From Corallochytrium limacisporum Hawaii (lineage: Eukaryota > Protista > Pluriformea), in the NCBI GenBank assembly GCA_002811645.1, contig PDIP01000010.1, positions 186,001 to 250,000 on the forward strand: a stretch of 64,000 nucleotides of DNA. The letters run 5' to 3'. The position numbers were made by a program, and so were the translations under genes. A model generated the notes under the pieces. That model saw nothing but the letters and a program-made list of their open reading frames with translations. It had not been told where the DNA came from and searched no databases. Below are positions 21,817-33,578 of this stretch, piece by piece; within the stretch, counting starts at the first letter, position 1; each line of letters opens with the position of its first letter.

Positions 21817-22332
21817 TCAATCCCAGGCTTCTTCTTGACTCTTGCGCACACAGCGAGCTACCCTACGCTTGAATGCGGCCTTGTCCTCACGCCATTCCTT
21901 AGCAGCGTCCAAGTTTGCAGGCGACTCGTCGTTGGGGTCGCTAAGCATACTGATCACACTGAGCATAATGGTTTCAATGGTGTGAATGGGCAACCAGCGC
22001 TCCGAAGCTTTTTCATATCCGTACTTATCCTCACCCGGTTCGTGAAGAATAGAAATGCATACTTCTCCGTTGGAGTGCACATTGGGGTGCCAGATTTCAC
22101 TCGTAAATCGTAGCTTTGGAGGCCGCAGAGGATAATCCTTCGGGAAGGTCATATGGGCCTTGAAGAAGCCTCCCTCATAGAGCGTATCAGGTGGCCCAAT
22201 GATCATTACATCCCAGTTATAGATGTCATTGTCGTCCTGGAGACCTGCGGAAAATCCTTCAACGCCCCCCTTATTCAATTCATTCAGCTGTCGCCGAAGC
22301 AACAGAGCACTCTGCTCTGAAACTCCTGCCAT
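21817..22332 (-). CDS. UBE2G1: Ubiquitin-conjugating enzyme E2 G1
   Basis: QSALLLRRQL, GPPDTLYEGG, WHPNV, catalytic VCISILH, acidic loop PGEDKYGYEKASERW. Confidence 0.95.
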   Translation of the reverse strand: MAGVSEQSALLLRRQLNELNKGGVEGFSAGLQDDNDIYNWDVMIIGPPDTLYEGGFFKAHMTFPKDYPLRPPKLRFTSEIWHPNVHSNGEVCISILHEPGEDKYGYEKASERWLPIHTIETIMLSVISMLSDPNDESPANLDAAKEWREDKAAFKRRVARCVRKSQEEAWD

Positions 22333-24586
22333 GTTTAGGCTTTTTTCAAACCTTTTCCTTTAAGCTCTCGGTAAGTTCCCGCTCAAGTACTTCGTTGTGG
22401 CTCGCTGTTCACCGACCGGCCGGATCTATATCACACACACACGGCTCGCTGTAAAAAGTCTTTTGTCAATTCTACTCTCGTACATTCCCAGCTCCCTCCT
22501 TTCCATTTCTGTTTGTCAAATAGCCTGGCTGGTCAGCAAAGTTTTGATGCCAAAAGCGTGACCGAGAACCAGTTCTCGCGATCCTCATTCATCTTCCCAA
22601 CTCATAAACTTCTCAGAAACAAATAAAAAGGAACAGCCCCACGACGAACTGCTTCAGCCAAAAAGAAACAGAAAAAAAGATCCACAGTGGCATGATCCTT
22701 CCCTTCGCATCCAAAACACTAGCCGCTAGGACCCCCAACAGACAGACACCCATTAGGGGGAGGGGGGGGGCCTTGGAAGCGGCGACGGAGCGCGAGTTGC
22801 CAAACAGTGGCCGGGTCGGGAGTTTCTCCTGGCTTGGCGATCCGTGTACACCTTGCCTCCCCGTCATTTTTGCTTCAGTCGGATGTGTGCTGGGCAGCAA
22901 TATTGGACTTGCCTGCTTCTCCTCTTCCTCCGTTCATCGCACCGAGAGTATACGCGAGAGCGCACTTGGGGGAAGAGATACTCCAGTGACGGGGTACGAG
23001 GACCTGCTTTTCTCCCTTCCCCCTTTAATTTGTGGGCCGCCCTCTCCGGCTGGAGAAGACAGGGGTGGCCGTAACCGGGCGTGGAGACAAGGCGACAGAG
23101 TACGGAAGGGAGGGACAGAGCGCGCACGACAGCAGCCCTCCCGTTGACCTCGGTCAGGCCGCAAGCGATGTCCACGGTAAAAGCTATAGCGCGGCAGGCT
23201 GTAACTGCACTCACCAAAAGAAAAGAATTACGCCACCGACGCAACGCAAAGGGAAATGACCAACGAAAAAGAACGGGAGACCACCGTAGGCGACAGAGAA
23301 ACCGGCAGTACAAAGGGAACAAGAAAAAACTTTGGAGACAGAGCAGAGAAGCAAAAAATTGGCAAAAAAAAATGGAACGTAGAGGAATTGGCACAGAAAG
23401 AAGAGACTTTTCTGCTTGGCGATTTTTGTTTTCCCCGTTCGCGGAACGGCCTCCGGGTGGGGTGTCCATATCTGTACAAAATCGATCAATACGGACTTGG
23501 GATGGAGTTCCTCCTCCCCCCTCCCCTTTCCCCGGGGCCGGCGGAGTAGGTGTTGGTTGGTTTGTTTCAGCAGGGGGGGGGGCTTTTTTTTCAAGACAAC
23601 CTTGGGGTCACACTACCCCTCCAAACGCATAGCTCCCGAGGTTTTACACCGCTGGTTTCTCGCGCCAAAAGCTGGACGGTGAGTGGCTGCAGACTCCAAG
23701 TGTGTGGACTAGGACAGAAAAGAGCTGAAAGTTGGAGGGAAGCCCCCGGGGGGGGGGGGTTGAAAGGGGGCTCGGGAAGAAGGGAAGGGGGGAGGGGGAA
23801 GACACACAATGGGAGAGGGGCAACGACCGAGTGTACTGGTGTGTTAGAGACACAGCACTTGTGTTGCCTGAGCGGCGAGACGAGTAGACCACTTACCGTC
23901 TTTGAATTGGGATGCGCGCTCCCTTTCGAGGGGGGTTGAAGATTGAGGCAAAAGGCTAGGCCCCTCCCCGCCACTGTCCTCCACGTAGGAACAACCTGGA
24001 AAGGTTCCGCAGCTTCACTACCAAATGCAGAAGTAAAACATACGTATATCATTACAATACAATAAATAGCTAGTAGCTGGTGATTTAAAAATGTCGGTAT
24101 ATGAAACCTACTCCCCCCGAGATCGTGTTCGTCCGCCCGGTAAGTGAAACACCCGCCAGCCTCAATTGGGAAAACAGTCCTCGTCTCCCCTCCCCCCCCC
24201 GGGAGGAGGGGGGGTCACCACAGTCAAGTGACCCAGGGCAGAGGGGCGAGAGGTTGGTGGGTATAGATTTCAGATGCGTTCAGTTCACCCCGGGGTTTAA
24301 CTACCAGAGGCGTGAACTTTTTGCGCCACTGCCCTTCTGAGATCCGGTAGTGTTTGAGCGTTAGTCCCGACTGTTAGGGCCTCAGAGGGAAGAGCTATTT
24401 GGGATCGACGTCAGACTGACAGTGATCGCTTGTCGCAAAGTCACATGGTCTATTGGTTTGCGGTCTCATTCCGATGTTGGATAACAAGAAACTGGAGAAG
24501 AAATGAACATGACATGATCAAGGACAGGATCTGCATCGGGGTCTGAAAAGCGAAAGTAAACATCCATTCAATAGACCCTGGCCACC

Positions 24587-27500
24587 ATGAACCAGGAAAA
24601 TGCGCAGCAGCGGCAGGTGGTCGAGTCTGCCGCATCAGATATGCGACGGCTGTCTGCAGAGGCGAAATCGTTACGCCTAAACGATATTAGACATAGTGCT
24701 GATGACGCAGCAGTGCTGTTAAAGAAGATCATCACCTCGAATACTAGTTTTCACCTACTGTGCACGGATGTACCCACCATAACGGATCTACTGAGGCCAT
24801 TAATGCTCAGTCTGGCAAGTAAGCAACCGAAGGTGGTGAACATCGCCCTAAGTTGTGTGCAAAAGATGATTTCCAATGGGCTTATGTACGCGGAGGAGGC
24901 ACAACGGATGGCATTTTTTCGTCGACTCATTGATCACCTAAACACTTTGCAACAGGAACAAATCGAGGAAGTCAAGATCATTCAAACCCTGTTGGCTTTG
25001 CTTACGGCGCCCTCATCACGGCTGAGCGGGAATTTGCTCAGTACTGCGTTTGCAGTTTGTATACATCTAAAGAATCGGCAGGACCCGATTGTGGCCAATA
25101 CAGCGAGTGCCACCCTCAGACAGATCATTAGTGTGATATTTGAGCGTCTGCCGATGGACAAGCCCATTACGCTTACAGGATCGGACATTGCCGTGATTCG
25201 GGCAAGTACAGACTCGGGAAGGGATACTCCGCAGGCAGGAACATCTGTGGAGGACTCGCTGCTGATTGATGCGTACTGCCTCGTATATGATCTCTTGGCT
25301 GCTACACAGAACACCAAAGCGCTGTGGATTGCAGATCTTGTGCAGATGCAGCTACCGTTGGCTGTCGAATTGCTCGAGACTTGCGTCAGCAGCAATCCCC
25401 CCGCGTTCTGCTTGCACACTGCACTGAAGGAACTCATGACCAAGAATCTAGTTCATCTGTGCACTACGAACCTGAGTAAGAGCAAGAAGGGACAGCTGAA
25501 CTTCGCGGATGGCGTGCGGATATTGCGTCTCTCATCACGACTCCTTAAGATTATGATCTTGAAATGTGATGCTGATGATGTAGAGCCATTGTTGGGGGCA
25601 GTGATTGCGGCCATGGACGAAGATAGACCGTTCTGGCTGCGCATCGGGGCAACGGAAGCATGTCGTGAGCTAGTTACTAATGCGGAAATTTTGTTATCAA
25701 CATGCCGAATGTTTGATGAACAGCAAGACCGCGAGAAACTCTGCAGTGTGATGGTGCAAGCGGTCAGTCAAACGCTGAAGGTGGTGGTGCACAAAGGCCA
25801 AAAGGCGGGCAGTTCATTCAGCCTGGAGGCTCAGCATCAGGGCATGAACTCTCATCACGGAAAGATGTACGTCTTGGACTGCTTGGAGAAAGAATTGATT
25901 GACGTACCCTTGCAGGCGGCCGCAGCCGTGTGTATGAGTTTTATTCTGGGTCTGAGCACAACAGTGTGCAATCATATTTTGGGTGGGCGGTCCCAAGAAA
26001 CTGTGCTTCAAAAGAATGTGAACAAGGACGATGAGAGTTCCTCAAACGTTGATGAAACGGCAACAACATTGGTGAAAAGCGTGTGGACGGGTGTGTTGAA
26101 CGGTTTAGACAGCATTGTGGCCAGCACGGACGATGAAGCGCTACTGCAGCCAGCTCTCGCTGCGTACCAGAACTTCACGTACGTTAGTGGTGTCCTCGGG
26201 TTGGACGACTCCAGGGACGCTTTGATCCTATCGCTGATCCACAACGCCATGCCCCAGAGTGCTGTACAGTTGAGTAAGTGCTTCACCATGAAAGACGGCG
26301 GAGAACCCCCGCCGGCTTACGGATCCGATCTCATTCCTCCAGATGAGATCCTTAACCGCATGCGACTGCGAAACGTACAGAGCTTCCGGACCTTAGTGAA
26401 TATTGCATATTGCCTTGGCAATATCCTTGATTCGACATGGTTTCGTATTCTAGATACCATTCAGTGCTTGCACGACATTCTCAGTTGTTACTACCGAAAG
26501 CGGACATCTGCCAGCGTCGGTGGTGCTGACGTCAACAGTTCACCGAGCGCTGCAAACCGGGGCACACTCGGCCGTGAAGATAGCGGTAAGATGGCCGTTT
26601 TTCAAGGACTTGGGCTGGAGAGCGCACAAATTAGCATGCTCCTTGATCGCCTTTTCGAGAGCTCGCACTACCTCGACAAGGAGGCACTGCAGAAACTCTG
26701 TTCGAGTCTGTGTGAGGTGAGCGGTCGTCGGATCAGGGCGGGTGAAGCACATGCCCAAGCAGGACGGGCAGCGATGTTGAAGATTGTTCCTTTCACTTTC
26801 GCTCTGGAAAAGCTGCAGGACGTGCTGCTGTCGAATCTTGACCGGAGTGAGGCGGTTTGGTCCATGATCGCGCCACATCTGCTCAAGGCCAGTAGCAGCC
26901 CGCTATTCATTGTACGTGATGGCGCAGCACGTGTCTTGACATCACTGATCTCTACCGTTGTCACAGCGACTGATGCGGAGGAGCCCGAATCGGGAAATGG
27001 CGAGATGCTGTCGAAAAGAAAGGTTGCCCCGAAGAGTGCAGAGCAGCAGAATATGTACATTGTTCCTTTGCAGGAATTGGGTCAGAGTCCGTACGCTGTG
27101 GCGCACAAGTATCAACTGCAGTGCATGCTGCGCATTCTAGAGACCACCGATCCGTCCCGGCTAGGCCATGTCTGGCCGAGCGTCATCGATGTCATCGACT
27201 CGAGCGCGCGCAACAGTGGGGCAGGCTTGGGTAACTCATCACCCGGTAGTGGCTTGATCAGGGACTCGGGAAATGAAGAAAGCCAGATTACTCCGGACGT
27301 TCTGTTGAAGAGTGGTTTCCAATGCGCTTCTTTGGTGGTCACAGACTTTTTATCATCGTTAAGTCTGGAAAACCTACGGCTCGTTGTCGACAGTGTTGGC
27401 TGCTTCGGTAGTCAGCATCTGGATCTAAACATCAGTCTGACCGCCATTGGCATGCTCTGGAGCATCACAGACTCTCTTGTGCAGAGCCAGGCACCGGAAG

Positions 27501-29578
27501 GGCAGGGTGTAGAGAAGCTGACCCTGGACGATATTTGGCTGACCCTATACGGTGTTCTCAGCGACTTGTGTGTCGATGATCGTCCGGAGATTCGTCGCAG
27601 TGCCTCACAGACATTATTCAATGGCCTTCGGGTACACGGGAGCGCATTGAGTACCAGCGATGCAAAGAACCGCTTGATAGAGGAACTGATTCGTCTGCTT
27701 GCAAAAGTTGATGACGCGAGCCAAGCGGCCTTCAAAGCGACCGGTGCAAAGGACGAAGTGATTGTAGAAGAAGTTCAACGAGGTGGTGCTAGACACAATA
27801 TTCTGATGCATCATAGTCGCAATACTATTCCCAAGCAATGGATGGAGATCCGCCTGTTGGTCCTATCCGGTATCTGTGAGTACATTCAGACTTACATTCG
27901 AACCATCATTGAACTGCCACACTTTCTGCAGCTGTGGAAGCAGAGCCTGTCCTATATTGTCACGAGCATGGATGAGAGTTCGAAGGAGGTCTACACAAAC
28001 TCGACCGCTGCGTTGGAACTGATCTGTAAGTCAACAGTGGATGTCATCGAAACGACGAGGCAGTCTCACGATGAATTGGTGGCTAATGCATGGGAGGCGC
28101 TGCATGCATGTATCACCCAGACTGAAGGGCAGAGCATTCTACCCCAAGCGGCCCACGTTGCGCTGTTGAACAGTCTGAGTCACATCTTCAATGCCATGCG
28201 TCTGGCGGACCCACCGCGGCAGCGTCTTTTGGACTCAATGCCACATATTATGCACGGACTTATCCTACTGATCACGATTCCGCCAGAAGAGCCGTACTTT
28301 GACGTCGAACGCATCCATCCCATCCATGCTGCCGCTCGAGACCTGCTCCAGTCCGTCTGTGGCAGCCGTCGGATTGTCGAAGCTGACAAGGATGGACAGA
28401 AGGTACAAAAGGTCGAGGTGGACGGATACGGTGCACGTCCTGAAGTGTTGCGTTCGCTTGGATTGATCCTTGCGTTCTCAACAGAGCCACCGGTGCACTT
28501 ACCATCGGTGGACGGGCCGTCGGCGGAGCACACGAAGGAGCGGTCCACGACCGCGCGCTCCCATCGACCAACTGCTGGTGGCAAATTGCCGCAGTTTCAT
28601 TTCCTTGCCCTCGCATGCTGTCCACTGATCAAATCAGCACTTGAGCTTGTGTCTCTAAACACTCTGCGCAATGAAAGTGAGGACCAGCACGGTGAGACCA
28701 TGCCATTGTTCCGAGAACTATTCAATGCGATCGTGCAAATTGCAGCGAAACGCTGGCACAGCATCAGCCCGGCCCTTGGTATGGCAGCCGCCGAGGTGCT
28801 GCTCTCATTGACGCAGAAATTGCTTACGGGCATTGAACAGCATCCAGACGAGACGGAGGCGAACCACGGGCTATGGTTGGAATTGCTAGATATGCTCCGA
28901 AATTTCCTGTTCGCTCCAGAGCCGATGAGCTCTGTAACAACGGAAGATGTCGCGGACTTTGAGACAATTGATGTGCAGTTCGTCGAACTATTCTGTGCGA
29001 GTCTGATCAAATCGTTCGAGTCCATTAGTACCGAGATCACCGCCAATGCTGTCGACATATTCCAGTCGGGATCCAACGTTAGTCACCGTAATTACACCAC
29101 AGAGCACGCTAGTGGACCCGAGGATCTACACATGCGTGAAAGGTTTGCCGGTGCCTGCTTCGATGCGCTCATGGCGCTCTCAACCATTGACAGTGAATCC
29201 AAGAGTAGCCGAGTTGCGGCGAAGGGTGTAATCAATCGCTGTAGTGAGGTCCTGTCGCAATACATCCTGGAGAGTGGCATGCACGGCAACGTCCCGCTGC
29301 CTCGTGCCCGTCTTACGGAGGTTCGCGAAGTCCTGCGCACCATCGACGGGTACATCCAAGTCCTCCTTCAGAGCCCCGCGGGTACCATCAGTCATGCTCA
29401 GGTCAAGACCATCTACGATCTCTACCCAGCGGTCGTGAATTGTACCACTTGCAGCGACGCGGTCACCCAGGATTTGCTGAAGCGACTGTTGCTGAAGTTT
29501 GGCCGGTTGACCGTGTCTCTGCTAGATGAGGTGGCCAGAGGTGAGAGCCAGACTCAGGTACCGCAAAATGGCGCATGA
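24587..29578 (+). CDS. MON2: Protein MON2 (Sec7/Arf-GEF-like scaffold)
   Basis: 1663 aa HEAT-like; VANTASATLRQI, DLNISLTAIGMLW, LCVDDRPEIRRSASQTLF, LMHHSRNT..KQW, PLPRARLTE. Confidence 0.9.
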   Translation: MNQENAQQRQVVESAASDMRRLSAEAKSLRLNDIRHSADDAAVLLKKIITSNTSFHLLCTDVPTITDLLRPLMLSLASKQPKVVNIALSCVQKMISNGLMYAEEAQRMAFFRRLIDHLNTLQQEQIEEVKIIQTLLALLTAPSSRLSGNLLSTAFAVCIHLKNRQDPIVANTASATLRQIISVIFERLPMDKPITLTGSDIAVIRASTDSGRDTPQAGTSVEDSLLIDAYCLVYDLLAATQNTKALWIADLVQMQLPLAVELLETCVSSNPPAFCLHTALKELMTKNLVHLCTTNLSKSKKGQLNFADGVRILRLSSRLLKIMILKCDADDVEPLLGAVIAAMDEDRPFWLRIGATEACRELVTNAEILLSTCRMFDEQQDREKLCSVMVQAVSQTLKVVVHKGQKAGSSFSLEAQHQGMNSHHGKMYVLDCLEKELIDVPLQAAAAVCMSFILGLSTTVCNHILGGRSQETVLQKNVNKDDESSSNVDETATTLVKSVWTGVLNGLDSIVASTDDEALLQPALAAYQNFTYVSGVLGLDDSRDALILSLIHNAMPQSAVQLSKCFTMKDGGEPPPAYGSDLIPPDEILNRMRLRNVQSFRTLVNIAYCLGNILDSTWFRILDTIQCLHDILSCYYRKRTSASVGGADVNSSPSAANRGTLGREDSGKMAVFQGLGLESAQISMLLDRLFESSHYLDKEALQKLCSSLCEVSGRRIRAGEAHAQAGRAAMLKIVPFTFALEKLQDVLLSNLDRSEAVWSMIAPHLLKASSSPLFIVRDGAARVLTSLISTVVTATDAEEPESGNGEMLSKRKVAPKSAEQQNMYIVPLQELGQSPYAVAHKYQLQCMLRILETTDPSRLGHVWPSVIDVIDSSARNSGAGLGNSSPGSGLIRDSGNEESQITPDVLLKSGFQCASLVVTDFLSSLSLENLRLVVDSVGCFGSQHLDLNISLTAIGMLWSITDSLVQSQAPEGQGVEKLTLDDIWLTLYGVLSDLCVDDRPEIRRSASQTLFNGLRVHGSALSTSDAKNRLIEELIRLLAKVDDASQAAFKATGAKDEVIVEEVQRGGARHNILMHHSRNTIPKQWMEIRLLVLSGICEYIQTYIRTIIELPHFLQLWKQSLSYIVTSMDESSKEVYTNSTAALELICKSTVDVIETTRQSHDELVANAWEALHACITQTEGQSILPQAAHVALLNSLSHIFNAMRLADPPRQRLLDSMPHIMHGLILLITIPPEEPYFDVERIHPIHAAARDLLQSVCGSRRIVEADKDGQKVQKVEVDGYGARPEVLRSLGLILAFSTEPPVHLPSVDGPSAEHTKERSTTARSHRPTAGGKLPQFHFLALACCPLIKSALELVSLNTLRNESEDQHGETMPLFRELFNAIVQIAAKRWHSISPALGMAAAEVLLSLTQKLLTGIEQHPDETEANHGLWLELLDMLRNFLFAPEPMSSVTTEDVADFETIDVQFVELFCASLIKSFESISTEITANAVDIFQSGSNVSHRNYTTEHASGPEDLHMRERFAGACFDALMALSTIDSESKSSRVAAKGVINRCSEVLSQYILESGMHGNVPLPRARLTEVREVLRTIDGYIQVLLQSPAGTISHAQVKTIYDLYPAVVNCTTCSDAVTQDLLKRLLLKFGRLTVSLLDEVARGESQTQVPQNGA

Positions 29579-29636
29579 GAACAAGACTTGTTTATCATAG
29601 TAGAGTTTCTAAACTATAGTATCAGATTTTGTGTTG

Positions 29637-32600
29637 CTACTGTCGCCTCCGTTTGACTGGTCTCCTGTTGGTTCCTTCTTCCCCACCCTCATCATCATAG
29701 GAATCCTGAACTTCTTCTTGGTCAGACTCTACCTCTGATGTTCCGTCACTACTTGCAGTGTCGTCATCATTATCATCATCATTGCCATCATCACGGATCT
29801 CGTCGTCTTCCCCCTCCTCCTCCCTTGGTAGCTGACTAGAAATAACCTCGCCCGCAATGTTGCGGTGTTTAAGAGTGCCGATGCAAAGGACATCCTCATG
29901 GTTGCCCTGCTTCATCATCGCCTTGACCTTGAGGATGAGAGTCTCCAGCCGCTTCCGGATGCCCGGAATGTGTCCCATCAGTTTGGTATCCCGCATATCC
30001 TTAACGTGACCACAGGCGGACTGAATTGCGCGTGTGGCCCTCTGCATTTTCTTGAAGATGCGCTCAAGGTAGTGCTGGCTCGAGTTCAGATCCTGCAATA
30101 AGAAAGGAATCATTTCACCTGTAAGGGCGTCTAGCACGGGCGGGCACTTTGTCATAATCGTAACCAGTACATGATGGCCCGTCTGGTGCTTGACATGATC
30201 GACAGAGAGGTGCAAGATCTCACAAAGAGTCGCCACGCTCTGAAGTCTGTGAACAAAAACGGTGGATGCGGAATCACTGTTGTTACTGCTACTGTTTCTG
30301 CTTTTCTGTGACTCCTGCCGCAGTCCCTTGGCCATAGCCACGAAAGATTGGCTAAAGAGTAGGCAGAGGAGAGAATCGGCCTTGTTCCAGCTAGCATTCA
30401 GATCATCGTCAAATCGCGGTGCCTCTCCCAAAAAATTCTCTGCGAACCATTTCAGTGGTCGAATTGGAGATGGCGTGCCTTCAAGAAAGGTACGCACAAA
30501 GTCCAGACGCAGTGGTTTGGCCATGTTCGCCGTGCGAAAATTGGAATTGCTTAAGGCATCTTGCGCCTTGCTGAGAACAAAGTCTGCAATACGGTCCACT
30601 GCAGCAGGTTGCTCAGAGGTGGACGGTGCAAAAGTCACTATTATCGAAACCTTAACGCAATGGATCAGGCGCAGCTTGAGCACATAGTTCGTAGCATCAT
30701 CAATATCAAATGCAGGTAGGCAGGACAGTGCTTGGTCAACCTCCTTTGCAGTGACCGGTCTATAGTCTTGCTTGTCGGCGCTTAATGTTTCAGGATTCAC
30801 GTCGCCGGTTCTGTTCAGGAACCAATTAGAAACGATGCTGGCCACTCGCTCACGCTGAGAGCGAGAAGAGGGAGCCCCCGAACCTAACAGATTACTTTCA
30901 ATGTGCAACAAAATGACGTTCAGGACGTGCCTTAGATGCTGTTGCGAGCGACTATTATCTGGATCCATATGATTCTCGCTGTTGTCCTGATCCAGCAACC
31001 ACTTGAGCATGTCGAGCAGATTTCGCAACAGTCCAGATGTTATGCAGGCTTGCCTGCGTGCGACAACTTCTCGATTAAGCTCCTTCAGAGTGACAGCCTT
31101 AGACTTTGCAACCTCTTTCGGGTTTAGTGGGCCTTTCATGTATGCATATAACTGCTCAATGATGAACGATAGGACATTGAGGCCTTCGTCGGTAGAGCCA
31201 ATATCCTGGAACTTGTCTAGGCATCTGAAAGCGGACGGAAGCAGTGATCTGCTTAACGTTTCCGTACTGTCCCAATTTGCATTGCAGTAGGCTGGCGGCA
31301 TATCTGGAAATGCTATCCTCTGAGCTGCCATTGTCTTCATCAACAGCTTCCACCTCTGGATGACTTTGGCTTTGTAGGCCTCGTTGACTGTCACAGCAGG
31401 ACCAAAGGCGTTGAGGACTTCAACAATCCAATTGATTACTCCAGATCTCTGGCGGTAGTCACTGTTAGTAGTATTCCATGGATCCGCCATATTATCATCT
31501 TCAACAACGCTGTCACTCGCAATCTCAGGGCTGACATCCAGGCCACATCCAAGTAAGACATCGAGGGTGTTGAAGTGTTTCTTCAGGTCGTCCATCTGGA
31601 GGGCGAGACTGCAGTGGGACAGCAGACGGAATTGCGAGCACATTATGCTCAGCTCCTCAGGTGAGAGTTTCTCAATATCGACGAAAACACTGGTTTCTGC
31701 TGCATTCAGGTCGTAGGCAGGCTGCATGTCCTCATCAACTGTGTGGATAAAGCGATCCACAAAGGTATTGCGTACTGCATCCATCACACTGTAGAGGATT
31801 TGACTCTCGACTTGTCCACTGGAGTATTTCGAGGTCACTAAACTGGAGGCAATCGTGTCATTGATTAAATCCTCATTCAGCTTCCGTGCACGGCTTACGT
31901 CGAACAGCATATTGAGCACTTCTTCATGCTTAGCTTCAGCCTTGCTTTGCAAACTCGAAAAGTCGATTGAAGTCTTTCGCAGTTGTTTTGCAACGGCCAC
32001 AGCACCCCAGAGACCGCGAACTCGTAAATCTGGGTTATGATGAAATAGATTCTTTCGAAGCATTTGCATTTCGTCAGCAAGGAATTGGTACTGATCCCCT
32101 TCCCGTAAAGCTTGCATGGCCGACACCTGGGTCATGATTGTGAACAAGCCTTGTACTGCGTTCTCCTTCAATCGTATTAAATGCTCCATCATCATGTGAA
32201 TATGGAACGTGAAGGGCAACAGACAGTCAGGATTTTCTGACAGGATGGCCAGGAGAATACCTATGGTGGTCTCCACCCACTCATCTACTGCCGACGTCAT
32301 CTGATCTAGGATGCAAGTCACTGTCTGTTGACGCTGGCGTTGGTCTGACATAACAAAGTATTGGATCAACATTTGTGGTACTGGGGAGTGGACATGTGGG
32401 TGGTGGTCCTTGGCAGTCATGTACAAGTACAGTCCTCTGAGCAGATCGGTGGCCATGTCCTGATATTGGTACTGCTGTGCAATGCAGTCCAGGAATTCAT
32501 TGAAAGATTTCCTTGTTTCCTTTGACCTGGAAGATTCCGGGTTTCCATTCAGTGTCTGGGACAGAATCGAAACGACACTGTCACGTAGCAGTTCAGATCC

Positions 32601-33578
32601 GTACATGATCACCAACACTGCCCAGTCAATGCATTTCACCTCATCTCCGTCTGTTTTCTTGTTCTCGTTTCGTAGAGTTGCTAACCATGTTTGTCCTAGA
32701 CCAGAGTTGAACCGCAAAATGGAAGACAGAGTATCCAGAATCATTTTCACTGAATTGACTCTCTGTGTGTCACCATGGTCCAAGGCACAGATCATGTGAT
32801 ACAGTGGAATATTTTGACGTGTTAAGCGTATCAACTGACCATTTTCGTTAGCACCTGATGTAGACTTGAACATGAAGCGCAGTATGCTTGGAATCTGATC
32901 GATTTCATAGTCAGCAATATTCTCAGACAAGGTCACATAAAGGGCGAGCTTGCATGTTGTGTCCAGGTTAAAGAACCCGAGGGAATCAAGAATCATTCCA
33001 CACATCTCAGGGCACAGTCTAAGTTGCTGTAACAGCTTATCCGCAACAACTTCGATGCTTCTTAAATTGGTCATATAGGGTAAAAGAGCTATCAAATTCA
33101 CCTTTGTTTGACCTTCTGATACGTCCAACATGTCGAGAAGGTCATTCAATAGCCCATCATTATTGCCACTAATTGTACAGTTTCGGCAGAGCAATAGAAT
33201 CTTCCCAGAGAGATTGAGACTGTCTCCATCTGACAGTAAAGCATCGCTGAGACAGGTTTGAATCAAAAATTCCAAGACAAGTGGTTGTAACTTCCCATTC
33301 GCTAATAGAATCGACCAGAAGGAGTGCCTAGTCCGAGCCCCGTTCTCAAAAATAGGATTGAACAGCGCAGCAGAGTGACCATGCTCATCAAGCGCATTAT
33401 GTACAGTGCTTAGGAGCTCCTTGACATGCTCTTTACTTAAAACAGTAAGCCTAGAAGACACAAGGTCCTGGGTTCTGTCAACGTCCTCAGACTCCAATCT
33501 GTTACCTCGCTGTGCGGCTGACCGAAGCTGGATCATGCCGAGCACATCAGATCTCGGAACCACATCTGCGGCAGGCAT
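29637..33578 (-). CDS. FANCD2: Fanconi anemia group D2 protein homolog
   Basis: 1313 aa; DEMQMLRKNL (candidate ubiquitinated Lys at 32052-32054); MQRATRAIQSACGHVK; IGTLKHRNIAGEVISSQ; acidic tail and basic NLS. Confidence 0.85.
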   Translation of the reverse strand: MPAADVVPRSDVLGMIQLRSAAQRGNRLESEDVDRTQDLVSSRLTVLSKEHVKELLSTVHNALDEHGHSAALFNPIFENGARTRHSFWSILLANGKLQPLVLEFLIQTCLSDALLSDGDSLNLSGKILLLCRNCTISGNNDGLLNDLLDMLDVSEGQTKVNLIALLPYMTNLRSIEVVADKLLQQLRLCPEMCGMILDSLGFFNLDTTCKLALYVTLSENIADYEIDQIPSILRFMFKSTSGANENGQLIRLTRQNIPLYHMICALDHGDTQRVNSVKMILDTLSSILRFNSGLGQTWLATLRNENKKTDGDEVKCIDWAVLVIMYGSELLRDSVVSILSQTLNGNPESSRSKETRKSFNEFLDCIAQQYQYQDMATDLLRGLYLYMTAKDHHPHVHSPVPQMLIQYFVMSDQRQRQQTVTCILDQMTSAVDEWVETTIGILLAILSENPDCLLPFTFHIHMMMEHLIRLKENAVQGLFTIMTQVSAMQALREGDQYQFLADEMQMLRKNLFHHNPDLRVRGLWGAVAVAKQLRKTSIDFSSLQSKAEAKHEEVLNMLFDVSRARKLNEDLINDTIASSLVTSKYSSGQVESQILYSVMDAVRNTFVDRFIHTVDEDMQPAYDLNAAETSVFVDIEKLSPEELSIMCSQFRLLSHCSLALQMDDLKKHFNTLDVLLGCGLDVSPEIASDSVVEDDNMADPWNTTNSDYRQRSGVINWIVEVLNAFGPAVTVNEAYKAKVIQRWKLLMKTMAAQRIAFPDMPPAYCNANWDSTETLSRSLLPSAFRCLDKFQDIGSTDEGLNVLSFIIEQLYAYMKGPLNPKEVAKSKAVTLKELNREVVARRQACITSGLLRNLLDMLKWLLDQDNSENHMDPDNSRSQQHLRHVLNVILLHIESNLLGSGAPSSRSQRERVASIVSNWFLNRTGDVNPETLSADKQDYRPVTAKEVDQALSCLPAFDIDDATNYVLKLRLIHCVKVSIIVTFAPSTSEQPAAVDRIADFVLSKAQDALSNSNFRTANMAKPLRLDFVRTFLEGTPSPIRPLKWFAENFLGEAPRFDDDLNASWNKADSLLCLLFSQSFVAMAKGLRQESQKSRNSSSNNSDSASTVFVHRLQSVATLCEILHLSVDHVKHQTGHHVLVTIMTKCPPVLDALTGEMIPFLLQDLNSSQHYLERIFKKMQRATRAIQSACGHVKDMRDTKLMGHIPGIRKRLETLILKVKAMMKQGNHEDVLCIGTLKHRNIAGEVISSQLPREEEGEDDEIRDDGNDDDNDDDTASSDGTSEVESDQEEVQDSYDDEGGEEGTNRRPVKRRRQ

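Noticed and set aside
22692-24052. Many overlapping 75-200 aa ORFs
   Set aside because: Stop-poor GC/purine-rich sequence with no domain signal in any frame
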